Below, one piece after another: positions 1-11,465 of a stretch of DNA of 64,000 bases. Position 1 is the first letter of the stretch. The number at the start of each line of letters is the position of its first letter. The notes beneath the pieces are model-generated. The model did no database searches and was not told the DNA's origin. It saw only the letters and a program-made list of their open reading frames with translations. Origin of the DNA: Raillietiella orientalis (Eukaryota); contig JAYWIR010000027.1 in assembly GCA_036172245.1 (NCBI GenBank), positions 1,054,001 to 1,118,000 of the forward strand, written 5' to 3'. Position numbers and translations under genes: made by a program.

Positions 1-470
1 ACAGCTTCCCTGCAGGAGGTACGACGGGATCTCAGGAAGTGGGCCTCTTCACACCACCCCCGTAGCCGTAGCTGCGTGATCCCTATGGTGGCGTGATGGC
101 AGCGGTCGTCCAGCTAGGCGGGAGGTCAGCAAACAGATGAGCGGCCTGTCGATCTTTCGGGCGCCACGACAGCGAGTGTCCGCGAGCAAAGGCTGCACTG
201 AAGTGCAAGCCATCTCGATATCTCCCTGGATGAACCAGTGGCCACCACTGTCCTCCTTGGAATTCTCCTCCGCTGGCAGCACGCAGTGACTCTCCCCCAG
301 CACTGCGGTGCCCCGGTCCCGAACTCTGTCAGGACCTGCCTCTGTGCTGCGAGTTCCCTCGCAGCGGGTGGCAGTTAGTCGCAGCAACCCCCTGACAGCC
401 CGGGAGAGAGGAGGGGGAAAACAATTTCTCTCTGCAGCCTCTACGTCGGTCCTTTGCCCCGCAAAGACGC
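1..470 (-). mobile_element. Very decayed 3' end of L1/Tx1-like non-LTR retrotransposon ORF2
   Basis: Minus-strand translation (LFSPSSLPGCQGVAATNCH..., HWFIQGDIEMA) loosely follows the layout of the better copies at 25.2-26.5 kb and 32.4-33.8 kb. Confidence 0.3.
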
Positions 471-840
471 TCCGACCACCGGGGTACGGCGATGTCGTTC
501 TGCGTCCGAGGAGCAGCTCGAGTCACCGCGCGGCGGAACGGCGGCCGCTCCGGATGGTGGTCGATCGCTTCATCACATTCGTGATGCGGGATCGGCAGGA
601 CGACTTCCTCCCTCCCCCGAAGCCAAAGAGGATGGCGTTTACCGGACGGCGGGAAGGCTGCAAGAAAGACGGCAATCCCAATGACCTTTCTTCTTCCACA
701 GTAAGCGTTCGCGTCCTATATTTCCTCATCTCACACCTTTATTTCTTCATCCCCCCTTGACCTCCCTGACCCGTCCATGTTGAGCTCATTTGTTTATTTA
801 TTCTCCTCTTAGCCTGCGTGCCTGCGTTCCCTGATTCGTG

Positions 841-1320
841 CCCCCAGGACACAAGAGCATGTGTTTGCTCACTCCGAATAGGAATCTCGGCATGATAGAG
901 CTGGAAACGGCTAGAAGAGACTGGTAAGGTCGGAGCCAAGCAGCTATCCTCCTAACATCCGTTACCCAGGATACCGGTCCACGCGAATTAGAGCCGGATC
1001 GAACCTTGAGGGTCCGCACTCGCGTGGCAGCTACCAATCCGAACAAGATGGAAGAGCACGGAAAGGTCACCTCACGCCATCGCAGCTGCGAGCTGCGCTT
1101 CGTATATCTCTGCATTGCTCGCCAGACGGCTGGACTACTTAGAAGGTGGAAGTAGAAGACCACGCAAGGATCGGTCTCTTTCTCCAATCATAGGTGAACA
1201 GGACTTCCTGGCCATCGGATCCTAGGTGCCACTCTCAGGATACCTCGAGATCCTGGAGTTTCTTCCCTATGATCAGTGAACTAAAGGACCTTCTTCCGGA
1301 GGTCTCCTGCAGGTCGTCCC
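841..1320 (+). pseudogene. Bunyavirus-like L polymerase remnant (motif D/E and region after motif E)
   Basis: The frame from 841 reads HKSMCLLTPNRNLGMIELETARRDW*GRSQAAILLTSVTQDTGP...NKMEEHG. The start parallels EKIHWLFSDSLRVVEL in the 21.8-kb fragment. ILLTSV and EHG resemble the recalled orthobunyavirus L segment FLLTSVG...KHG. Confidence 0.45.
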
Positions 1321-1329
1321 TAGGCTGCT

Positions 1330-2520
1330 CCCTCCCAGAGAGTGGCAAGTGGAAAGAGAGATGGCCCATGAGTTTTTGCCACGTTCATGCGAGCGCCATG
1401 GTGGCTGCGAGCACGCCGTGATCCCGGTCTCTTCCCAGTCAACTCGATGGACTCAGTCATTCGGCCATCGCGCGAGATGAGCAGTTGACGGGAAGAAAAA
1501 TGCTCTGCTGCTTGCTGGCTTTCTGGTCTTCCGGAAAGAGGAATGCCACTGGCTTTTGCAAATCCGGCAGGCCGTCTGGAGGACGCGGTCGTACACCTGG
1601 GTCTCTTGCTCGCCGAAGAACTGCGATGTCTGGAAGCCGGGAACAGTTCAGGCATGGGCGAAGGTCAGCTGCACGACTCCTGAGACGCAACGCCTGCAGC
1701 ACTTGAGTTTAGGCGCGCCACTCGCTGAATGGGATGATGGAGTGCCGGAGCAGACCCCGTTGACCCAGCAGAGTCCCCTTACCGCGAGACTGTCGCTCCT
1801 GTGGAACAACCAAAACGGTCTCCCACACATCAAGATGGGAAGTGATCTGCGACATCTCAGGAAAGGCGAAACACCCTTGGGATGCTGGACGGCGCGTCAG
1901 CTGGCTGAATCTCCCACCTCCGCCGCATTCTGCTGAGCGGGTCTCCTCGGAATCCCGTTGGAAAGAGTGGAGGTCCCTGCGGCGTTCCTCGACTGCTCCG
2001 TGCTTCCCCTGGAGTGACGGGAATGCGTTATGCGTTGCGGCTGCTGCATGGGGCCACCCCATGCAACGCAAGCCTCTACCGCGGGAGCACCAGGAAGTGC
2101 GGCTGCAGAGTGCGACAGGCGCGGCGGAAAGGCAACCCTGCCGCACCTGCTTTTGGCGTGCGTCGCCCTCCGGAGAGTGTGGGAGCGTTTGACCACATCC
2201 CTGAACTCCCCGGAAGACCACCCGAGGGTCTCGTTCGGAAGTCGCTTCACGAGTGGCGGGTTGTCGCCTGTCTCGAGGGTCGCAGCTCCGTGCAGCGTCC
2301 GCCGGATCGTGGCGGTCGAAGGCCCCGACGGCAGAGACCGGAACAAAAGCAGAGGAGCCACCTCCTTCGTCTTCCCGTTGCCGAGGCTCGCGGTGAGATG
2401 GTGGAGCCTGAGGCACAACCGAGAGGAACTTGCCGGCATCCTCGAGAGGATGCGGAGGCCAACGGGGAGCGAACTGCCGCCCTTTCCCTTCCCCTCTTCC
2501 AATCAATTCCCTTCCCTCAC
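1330..2520 (+). mobile_element. L1/Tx1-like non-LTR retrotransposon, decayed ORF2 C-terminus (zf-RVT-type Cys/His region)
   Basis: TWVSCSPKNCDVW...VQAWAK and LPHLLLACVALRRVWERL...RWWSLRHNREELAGILERMRR match the other copies in the window, and a pyrimidine-rich tail follows. Confidence 0.75.
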
Positions 2521-2619
2521 ACATACAAATATTCTAGTCCTTTTTCGTGTTCATCTTCCCCCCTCCCCTCCCCCGTCCTCCCCAACCTTCACTCGCGGGC
2601 CTCTTCCGGAGACTGCTCC

Positions 2620-3450
2620 GAGCGGTGGACTCCTGCGGAACACGCGGAAATCGCAGCACTGCGCTGCCACTGCCAAAAGACTGGAAGATTTCTCGACTAA
2701 AGTTCTATTTTCTACAAAGATCGCTTCGGAGCGACCGGATGAAAATACACAAAGTGCGCGAGCTCATCTACGACAAACCTGGAGCGCCTTCGGGAACATT
2801 CCGAGGAGGAGTCGGCACAGGGACGTTCAGGCAGATTTGGAGGACCTACTGGGACATTTCCGTTCTACTCCATTGTAGTTCAGCACCCGGCGATGCTCTT
2901 CTTGCAGAGAAGATCTCTATGCAGCTGGCTGCGTGAGGGGTGGACCTGTGAGAGTAGGGCTCCGCGCTGCAGGTGAGGGTGCGGTAGGATCGCAGCTACT
3001 CTACACCTCATGCGGGAGCGTGGGGCTAGGAGAGGCTAGCTTTCAGCATCCCCTGACTCTTTCTGGATTTCTCGGAAGTTCGCTCCGTACCTGAGGTCGC
3101 AAGGAGGAGCGCTGGTCATGACTCTGTGCGGTATCGTGGAGGCGCAGCATGCTCGAGTCAGGAATTGCCTCAGGAGGTGAGGGAGGTCGCACCTTTCGGC
3201 TCCAGACACGGTATATGGAACCGGGAGTGACCTCACCACACAACAGAGGGCAGGGCAGCGTCTCTCGTGCAGTAAATCGCTTCAGCAACGCTTCAGGACC
3301 GAACTCTGCTCATCCCGTTGACACCCCCGCTAAAATTCTTCACTTCTGGCAATCAGGGAATGTTTATCGATCAACTGATGTATTGTCTCCTCCACCTTGC
3401 GCAACGATCCGCCCACCGACTCCGTGAGGAGCCACGCTGTGCGTGGACGT
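2620..3450 (+). mobile_element. Decayed LINE reverse transcriptase fragment (Jockey/I-group-like)
   Basis: LPKDWKISRL, HKVRELIYDK, GTFRGGVGT and ELPQEVREVAPF resemble the P.W+, K+.E, QxGFR and G+PQG..+P RT motifs in the right order, across frameshifts. Confidence 0.5.
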
Positions 3451-3750
3451 TTCCTTGCGCGTGCGTATTCCAGGAACGAGGCCACTTCCTCCTGGATCGA
3501 TCCCCCTCATCGCACGTGTATTGCTTTCCGCAAGGAACATCCAGGAGTAAGCGAGGGCTCAAGCCTTAGCTCTTCAGCTGTCGCAGTTTCGACTCGTAGT
3601 CCCAGAGAAAAGCGTGTCTTTTGCACGAGGTAGCGGTCCGTCCCCAGTGGAAGGGATTTTCACCCTTCGGTGGATTCTTGACCAGAACTTTGTTTCGCAA
3701 ACGCGATTAGGTGCCTCACATCGATGATCTAAGAACATGGGAATGGCTTT

Positions 3751-4135
3751 TACGAGGCATACCACGGAAGCAAGGGTGGATCTGATATAAAGAAAGAACA
3801 AAGAAGAGAAAGAAAAATGTATTGGTGTTTCTAAACACGTACATCCCCATGTCATTTTTCTACGTAGTCCATTTTCTTCCAAACACTTTTGATGCCGTGG
3901 AACGAGCTACTTGAAACCCTTTGCATGAAATCCCGCCGCCTGGGAGTTCAGCCAGTCCAGCAGCACTGCACTTTTCAACTTCTCCCTTTCCCCCTCGAAT
4001 CGTTGAACCCCTTCTGGATGTGCAGGAAGGCGTGGTTGTCCTGGGCGCGATGCCAGGACTGTAAGGTGGGTGATCAAAAAGTTCCCATTTAGGTTTCTGA
4101 ATTATGTGGACTGTGAGGACAGCAGCGTGTGGGAC
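3751..4135 (-). mobile_element. Mariner transposon 3' fragment with terminal inverted repeat
   Basis: Minus strand gives PHAAVLTVHIIQKPKWELFDHPPYSPGIAP (mariner HPPYSPDLAP motif), then LVPRHQKCLEENG. It ends in TA+CGAGG at 3751, a typical mariner TIR start. Confidence 0.85.
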
Positions 4136-4390
4136 CAAAAGAGTGTGCTTTTTGTGGACTTTATGGAACCTGGACAACCTTCGCTTCGCAAGTCCGCTGT
4201 GAAACACTTTCAACATTGCGGCGTGCCATTGGGAACCGACGACGTGGAACGCTGAGATCAGTTGTTGTTCCTCTCCTTCACGACAGCGCGCGCCTTGGCA
4301 ACACACATGTCTGTCCGCACATTCCAGACCATTCAGAATGAGAACTTTTTGATCATCCAGTCCTGGCCTCGCGTCCAGGACTACCACGCC
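4127..4390 (+). mobile_element. Mariner transposase fragment (second copy, opposite strand)
   Basis: VWDQKSVLFVDFMEPG, LRRAIGNRRRGTLRSVVV.LLHDSAR (HDNARPH motif) and ELFDHP. Confidence 0.85.
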
Positions 4391-4429
4391 GATGGTGTCG
4401 AAGAAAATTCTTTTGCAGTCCACGGAGGC

Positions 4430-5290
4430 AAATTATGCCGGGAGACATATCTGAATAAGCGGGGATATGCGAGGCTCCTGGACCTTCGGAAGACAAACTT
4501 TGTGAAGATGAGGAGCAGTTCGGAGTTTTCAAGAAGAACTGGCAATTCAGATCGACGAACTGACTCTGGATATCAGCATGAGGAGAAAGTTTTCCTCCTC
4601 CGTAAGAGCCGCACAACGTGAGAAAGCGTGGCAATTGCCTGGTGAAGAAGCATCTGGATCAAGGGGAGCCAAGATGCGTCGGACTGCATCGGCTGCTTCC
4701 TTACAAATGGAGACCGCCGCGTTGAGGACTGCAGATCCATCCATGCCGCAAGACTAAATGTGCTTCCTATCAGAGGAAGAAGCAGGAAGCTGGTCTCTCG
4801 TGTCGCCGTTGTGGCCTGTGGGACGATGTGTGTTTTTGCCTCGCGTGGCAGATCACCGCATGGTGCGCTGTTGTCTGCACACGGTCAAGCACCATGCGAT
4901 TGTGGACGAGACCAAAATAGCAGCGGTGGAAACAGCAAGATGGAAACGGGTGCGTTCAAGAATCAGCGCGTCCCTGGTCCTGGTTTCTCTCTGAGGCCAG
5001 ATTCAGTATTGCAAAAGGGCAACAGGATGGTGACGCTTGACGTAGCTTGCCCCTTCGAGAATGTAGAAGATGCAAGCAGCATCTCCAGGCATAAGAAAGT
5101 ATCCAAATACCAAGATGTGCCCAGCCAACAATCCAGGAGTGGAGTCGAAGCAAAGCCATCATCACTGAGCCTTCGGGGACTTGGGACTCCCAGTGATGAC
5201 GCAGTCCTCCGTGAACTGGGTGTTCCGCGTATGTGTGTGGGTCAAATGAGATACCTCACGTTTGCTTCATGCATATGCTAAACTCGCGGA
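4430..5290 (+). mobile_element. NeSL/Utopia-like non-LTR retrotransposon, decayed C-terminal restriction-like endonuclease region
   Basis: LDQG, CRSIHAARLNVLPIRG (WRFIHRARLN-like), HHAIVD, NQRVPG..SLRPDSVLQKGNRMVTLDVACPFEN...RHKKVSKY (RPD...D.xxPFEN...K..KY RLE signature) and VLRELGV. Confidence 0.8.
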
Positions 5291-5309
5291 CACAGTCGGC
5301 TTAAACGAT

Positions 5310-5510
5310 TGCCTGATGAGGTCCCGAACCTGCTCCAGCCTCACGGAGAGGAGCAGCTCTTGGACGTAGAGAAAGATGCCGTCGAAATACAGCCTACAGG
5401 ACGTTCCATGAGTGAAATCTGTTGTAGCACCGCTCGTGATACAACTTCAATGACCAGGAAGGAAGAGCGGAAGATGGAGAAGAGTCCCCCCTCATATTCG
5501 CACTATTGAA
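5310..5510 (-). pseudogene. Bunyavirus-like L remnant, N-terminal endonuclease-like segment
   Basis: EYEGGLFSIFRSSFLVIEVVSRAVLQQISL aligns with ELHGAFVLVNRDSIF/KPILENVAI at 7.2 kb. LYFDGIFLYVQELLLSVRLEQ resembles the recalled cap-snatching endonuclease stretch LY++D/ExK+SV..E. Confidence 0.4.
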
Positions 5511-5519
5511 GCTGTTAAC

Positions 5520-7170
5520 TTTGAAAATAAATCAGGATTCATAGTTCATCCACTAGAAAAAAAAAACACATATCCAAGCGTATTGAATATTCATTGGCCA
5601 TGATGTTCAATTAAATCGCTTGAATTCATTGGCCTCCTTGGAGCCATTACGTTTTTCTTCATGCAAATATGTACCGTACTCGTTACTTTCACGAATCTTG
5701 GACGAAGATGCTGTATCTCGTCTTCGGTGAGGTTTGTTCAATGAACACAGATTGAATGGCCATCAGACTGTTCGTACTGTCTTGTTTTTGAAACATGGAA
5801 ACTTTTCGACAGTAAATTTTTCGACATGTCTGCGGCGATTCCGGAGGACCCGAACTCTTTTGTCAGTATCATTATTTTTTTCAAATCCATAAAATTCGAA
5901 TTCACACAGTTTTTTCGTTCTTCTCGATTTGCAAAAACGATTTTCGTTGAAAAAAGAAAAAAATCGCAAAGTCCATCGTTAAGTGTAAATTAAAAACCCA
6001 AAGCGTTTTCAAAGGCATTTTCTTTTCTGGCCGTACTCGATTATGTTCTTGTGACAGCATGTTAATTCTCTTAGTTAATGGTTATTGCTGGTAAATGAGG
6101 CCGATTTTCGACGAATTTATTGTATTTGTCGAATGTGTTTAAAGCAAATCGATTAGATGGTTGCAATTTTTCTTCAATTCTTTCACTGTTTGCATGTTTG
6201 TGATGATTCTCTTTTAGAAATGGGATTACTGGAATCAGACTGCTCACAACTCCCATTCTTGAACGGCATAGATTTTATGGAATATTCTTGAACTTTTAGA
6301 AGGACAAAAGCATCGATATTCTTAGATCGTTACGTCTTTCATCTAATTCTTTATCAGTCGAGATTTCCTTATCTTTTGGTGTGGACCATCTCAGCTGTTT
6401 AAACGTTCAAAGTAACCTTTTCCCTAAATGCTATCCAATTCATTCCACTGTTACTAACACCACCAGAAAAAGGGACAGTTTCACCATCATTAGAAGAAAT
6501 GATCTGTCCACCTTCCTCAGCGTTCTTATGTCAAATAGTGCCGTTTTCATTACCTAGTCCTAAATCAATACCAAGTATACTACATAAATGACGACATACA
6601 TTACGTATATCCCTAAAATTAGTATCCTCGTGGGTATTGGCACATTTTCATTAGTGGATTAGATGACATCGATAGGATTGCCAGAGGCAAAGTATTTTTC
6701 AGTTGTTTGATTTCGGATTAATACCATCAGTCAGATACCAACTTTAAAAAACCCGTAAAAGAACGTGAGCAACCTTCTTCACCAACGCAATTTTCAAGTA
6801 CTTCCCAAAACTATAATTATAATTTGTTAATGTAAATTATATTTTTCATTAAGGAATTCGTGACTGATGTTTGTTTGTTTGTTTATTGTTAATTATGGTC
6901 AAATTCCTTATTTGAATATATGCAAAATTTCTTTGAGGTCGTAATAGAAACATTGTATATAATGAAAATGAATATAATGAAATTCGATTTGAATGGAAGG
7001 ATTTATAAGACACAAAGATTAAATGGATATTTTCTGAAAAATTACGAAGGAACGGAAATCAGTATCAGACTACGGAAGGACTTGAAGCGGAGGAACACTG
7101 TCTATTCCCAAGCTCCTTGCAAAAGACGAAGACTCAGGAATAAAGAGCAGCGAAAGAGCTAACACGATGA
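5520..7170. other. AT-rich island with decayed minus-strand coding-like sequence of unknown origin
   Basis: GC drops abruptly. The minus strand at about 6380-6810 reads in long protein-like runs (NTHEDTNFRDIRNVCRHLCSILGIDLGLGNENG; EEGGQIISSNDGETVPFSGGVSNSGMNWIAFREK) broken by stops. Confidence 0.35.
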
Positions 7171-7189
7171 GGATCTAAACAAATATTAA

Positions 7190-8165
7190 AAATGGTGGAC
7201 TGATCAAAAAGGAAGCTTTGGAGCTCCATGGAGCCTTCGTGTTGGTTAATCGCGATTCTATTTTCCACACCCAGTACTCTGAAGCCGATACTCGAGAATG
7301 TTGCCATCTATCAAAAGTCTTTCCAATGCGCTGATGGCACCGTGGAAAGCAACTAAAGGAAAAGTAAACCTCTGAACTTTTGAATAGAAACGTGATTGTA
7401 AAGGAGCACACAGAATGCTCCACGAAGATGCAGCTGCTGGTCAGATGCGTTGAGTTCCAAAAGCATGGCAACTCGTCTACGCGGGAGGCACCAAAATCCA
7501 CTCGTGCATCACTGGGTTTCCAGGGCTCTCAGAGAGTGATTCCTACACGAAATCCTAGCTAGGGGGCATCTCTACCTACTCCCAATCTCTTTCCACGCCC
7601 CGTTTCACGAGTCCTGTCTGCCACTTTGCTTTGCTCTTCCCAGCGAAAATTCTTCCCGGAAAATTCCCGAGCGTCCGGCAAGGGGATTTTTTCCTGGATG
7701 GAACTCGAGTGGTGCCCTGACAGATTCGGATCTAAGCAAAAACGCAGGAAATCTTCCGCTCTGGGCACCACCTCTTGGTGCAAGAGGCTTGCTTTGGCTC
7801 ATATGCAGCAGCTCGTCCAGGGCGAGGAACAAGAGGATGTGAAATGGTGAATTTCGAGGAGCGATTCCTTTTTGGGATGGTGATGCTGATCAAGACGGAA
7901 GAAACGGGGCACGAAATCATTCCATCCTCAAAGATTTGTGGCTCTTATCCACCACGTTTCGAGCCTTTCTTTCTGGGCGTGGCTGCCCGGGACGAAAGGT
8001 GCGTGACCTTTCCGACAACGACCACGACGCAAGTAGCTAGTCCAGGTAATAGAGGACCGTTGCTTGGCGACGCAGCGGCCGGAACGCTGCATGGTGGAAA
8101 GCTGTCCTCAGAATATCAGAGTTTCCGTCTTGTTCCCGGAGAGCTCCTTCTAATTCTTGTATCCT
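7190..8165 (+). pseudogene. Bunyavirus-like L remnant (endonuclease-like plus PA-C-like region)
   Basis: KFFPEN is shared with the 19.5-kb fragment. GTTSWCKRL...FLFGMVMLIKTEET...YPPRFEPFFLG...QVASPG aligns with the 19.3-, 20.9- and 49.4-kb fragments and with recalled L segments T.FW...FA+V...IKT...VSSPG. Confidence 0.55.
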
Positions 8166-8169
8166 GATC

Positions 8170-8600
8170 CACGCGTCCCCACGCTCATGCGTACGGGTTC
8201 GGGAGGCTGCCGTCTCGAGATGCCAAGTGTCCGGGATGAGAGAAGGAAGGGAGAGAGATCTGGACCGTTCCGGAAATGAGAGCATCTCTTCAACTCGCCA
8301 TCGCACTTTCCAGAAGTCTTCAGCATCGTCAGGAGCCAGGGTCATCGTACCAGGAGCCAAAGGATTCGTTCGGAAAGGCAAGGAACTCCGAAACGAGACG
8401 AAGACGTGCTTTGATGAATCCCAGCTTCCTGGCTGCTTGCAGGAAACGCGGCAGCTGCGACACGCCCAGCTTCAGGTCTTCGATTTCTGTCTGTCCTTTC
8501 TCCTCTTAAAGACCAGAAGGTCAGTGCAGCGGGTTCTGCAAAAATTCCGTGACTGCATCTGCACTAAAGCAACAGCACTAGGCAAAGTTGCTCCTCCTTA
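8170..8600 (-). pseudogene. Bunyavirus-like L remnant (post-palm thumb/thumb-ring-like region)
   Basis: LPRFLQAARKLGFIKARLRLVSEFLAFPNESFGSWYDDP / APDDAEDFW...SRSLSLPS aligns with TLGILKVDPGLRR*NVMFQKESHSAFLLDYP at 20.4 kb. Confidence 0.5.
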
Positions 8601-8603
8601 CTC

Positions 8604-9150
8604 TTAATTTTTTATAACCTGCATGATACATATTAATCCATGCATTAATCTTTGCATAAATATATATGTGAATATACATAATAAGCACATACATTTATTT
8701 ATTAAAATCTTTAACGCGCCTGTCAACAACATAATAAGCAGCTTATTAATTCTATCCATAAAATGTACGTCACGGAATATTAGTAAACACATCTATTCCA
8801 ATAATATCGCTGTTAATATCATGTAAGTTAATAAACATGAATAGCTGTGTGTGTACCAATAGATTTGTACATTAATCCATGTAGAACAAGCATATATATT
8901 TATTATTTATAATCTTCATAATATACATCAAATTATACATTAATCTCTACATAAATATACATATGAATAAATATAATGAGCATCTGCATTTGCTTTTTAC
9001 AACCTTTAATATAAATATCAACAACGTAATGAACAGCTTATTAATTTCATTAATAAAATGCACACCACGGAATAGTAATAAACTCATTTGTTCCAATAAC
9101 ATCACTGTGAATAGCACGTAAGTTATCTCTGTGTGTTCCAATAAATTCGT
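8604..9150. repeat. AT-rich diverged tandem duplication (~295-bp unit x2), dispersed family
   Basis: 8640-8830 and 8935-9125 are colinear (cagcttattaatt, cacggaata, ttccaataa shared), and a homologous block lies at about 60120-60250. Confidence 0.75.
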
Positions 9151-9157
9151 GTACTAA

Positions 9158-9668
9158 CCCTTTGAGTGCTATGGACACGTAGATGCGTCCCACAAAAACC
9201 ATCGGCGTGGACTGCGGACGCGTCTATGGGTTTGGCAAGTGCTTTCACATTGTACACGTGGCACAAATTAGCACTATTCGTGTTTGAGGTGGACGACGCA
9301 TCCACTCACGTTCTTACAGTTCCCTTGGCAACGACAGTAAACGACATTCTATTTATATATCGGCCAGCGATTTCTCTCGGTGTGGCATGTAATTTGTTAT
9401 GCCGTTTTTCATCTTTGCGATGTCTTGAAAGATGTAAACGAATGATTGATTCTTTGAATCATAATGACAACCTTTAAACAAATAATATTCGTTTGGAAAA
9501 AAATGGAAATATTCCATTTAATGTGGTGTAAATAAACAATTACAATGAATGAGCACTTTATGTAGTCAGTCGGTACCTCGATGGAGCACGCGGTGCGCGA
9601 AAAAGCGTTATGTCCTTCTGCGACTCAACACGGAACGTTTTAATCTGATGAGCTCCGCACCCAAAGGG
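9158..9668. mobile_element. piggyBac-type non-autonomous element (MITE), 511 bp
   Basis: The left end is CTAA|CCCTTTGAGTGC and the right end is GCACCCAAAGGG|TTAA, giving a 12-bp TIR with one mismatch and TTAA-type target sites. The interior is non-coding. Confidence 0.75.
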
Positions 9669-10469
9669 TTAATCCGTGAGGGATGAACGCACGTGCATTC
9701 CTCTTTCGTGACCATTCGGGATTCTGAACCAGACCCAATCGAAGACACCATCACTCGTGCTGGACCGTTTTCCTCTATCAACCCGATCACCCACCCCATG
9801 TCATCTACAGAACAGATCACGACACTCGAAGGCAGCAGTGTTGCAAGTGCGTGTGCAAAGATGCTGGTATCCTCGCGGATCATCTGCCCCTTCACCGATT
9901 GCGGCCTCCCCGCTCGCCCATGTGTTCCCACCGCATCCCCGGCGGTGACTTATCGCCGGCGACTTTCTCAGCGGGACGCTCCGACGCACCAGTTCCTCTG
10001 GAAACGCGCAGCCTGGTCAGAGCGAAGCGGGGACGCCGGACCCGCCTCGCGAAACAGGCGGCTCATCCGAAATGGGGTGGGGATCCTTGGATCTCCCCCT
10101 CCGTAGAAGGGCAGCAGGTGAGACAGTCGGCCATCGTACAGAGGGCTCCAGGACGCCACTTCAATCTCCGCACTAGCTCTGCGAAAGTTGCCCAACTCGT
10201 GGTATGGACCGGCCGGATGTTGTCCTCAAGAATCCTCAAAACTCACCGTCCGTCCTGGTCGTCCGGACACCGGAAGCTCGCGGTGAAGGTGGCTTCCCGA
10301 GGTCGCTGCGCGGCAGCCCCATCCGGCGGAGCTTACCAGAAGGGAAGTCGCGTCTCGCACGGGAGCGCCCCGGAAATCTCCTGACTCACCTGTTGTCGGG
10401 ACTGTTGCAAGTGCTTCGGGGTCAGGAAGGAGGAGCGAACGCAAAATGGGGAAAGAGGGGAAAGCACTA

Positions 10470-10620
10470 TAAGTAATGGTGGTGACAATGCTGGCGACAA
10501 TGGCGACGAAGATAGCGATCACGACGACGATGGTGATAATGGCGACTATGATGGCAACGACCTTGATGGTCATAAAATGACAACGGAGATGACAATGGAG
10601 AGGAAGAAGAGAGAGAGTGT
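10470..10620. repeat. Degenerate (GAT/GAC/GGT)n trinucleotide-derived repeat running into a purine tract
   Basis: Visible periodicity, with similar blocks at 22665-22900, 24400-24490 and (reverse) 53010-53180. Confidence 0.7.
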
Positions 10621-11169
10621 CCGGACGGTTCTCTTTTTCCGGTCCCGGGAAGAGCAATCATCGAAGCAGTGCGAACCCGAAAGCCAGCTGCCCTGGCAAG
10701 TGAGAACGGGAGGAATGTCAGGATCCAGAGAAATGGCGTTGCCCACGGCAGGGCACTGCACAGTGAAGGTGCAGATGTTTCTCCTGGATGGAAAGGAGGA
10801 CCCCCTCCAAGGATGGGGAGCACGCGCCGTAAGCTCCGAGGCGACCCGCCGGACGCACGGAACCGGAGACAGAGGTCCCCAGGAGACGCCGGAGGCGCAT
10901 TCGCGCAGAGGAAAAAGCAAAGCAGGAGGAAGAGAGGAAGGAGGAGGAAAGGGGGAGAAAAAGCAGAAGGAAAGAAGGAGGTAGGAAGGGAGAGTAATCA
11001 CAAGGTGGTGCTCTTTCTTCCCTGTGGTCTCCATCGCAACGAACCCCGATCCTCGTTTCCAGGGGAAGTCTCTCCTGAACCGTTCGAGGGGCAGGAAGAT
11101 TGAGTCGTTCCCACACTTGCAGAGTGGGCCTCCTGCAAGACGGTACCGCCCCTTCCCAGATGAACGTCT

Positions 11170-11465
11170 TGTGGTTCCCGTTGGCAACTCGACTCCCACT
11201 TCGCATGTTAACCTTTTCATTCTTTTTCGCCCTCTCGCCGGTCCCAGGACAACCTATGAAGAAACATTGGGAGTCAGCGAAACGGGAAAATTTCGACGGA
11301 GGTCGGAGCGATGGGAATCTCCCGCTTCTCCGGCAGGGTGCCCGGGCAAAGGCAGCTGGCGTGCTCCACCGAGCTCGAGGCGCAGGTCGCCTCCGCTCCA
11401 GATGACACCTCACCCGCGTCACTAGGGCGTGTCGGAAGCGCGAAGCAGGACGAACAGCGGTCCCC
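11170..11465 (+). repeat. Repeat copy, inverted relative to 13160-13478
   Basis: Colinear with the reverse complement of 13160-13478. Both translate ...GKF/GEFRRRS+R..SPASPAGCPG.GSWRAPPS. Confidence 0.8.

Noticed and set aside
480..706. Candidate exon ending at ACA|GTAAGC
   Set aside because: MVVDRFITFVMR looks like the extreme C-terminus of an R1-type LINE followed by its pyrimidine tail, and there is no acceptor or start support.
5312..5332. CTGATGA hammerhead-like cores (also about 9645, 19054, 51204)
   Set aside because: No properly placed GAAA with a closing stem II and flanking helices.
5615..5650. Minus-strand APRRPMNS resembling the HMG-box start KRPMN
   Set aside because: The following residues do not match an HMG box, and a stop comes 11 codons later.
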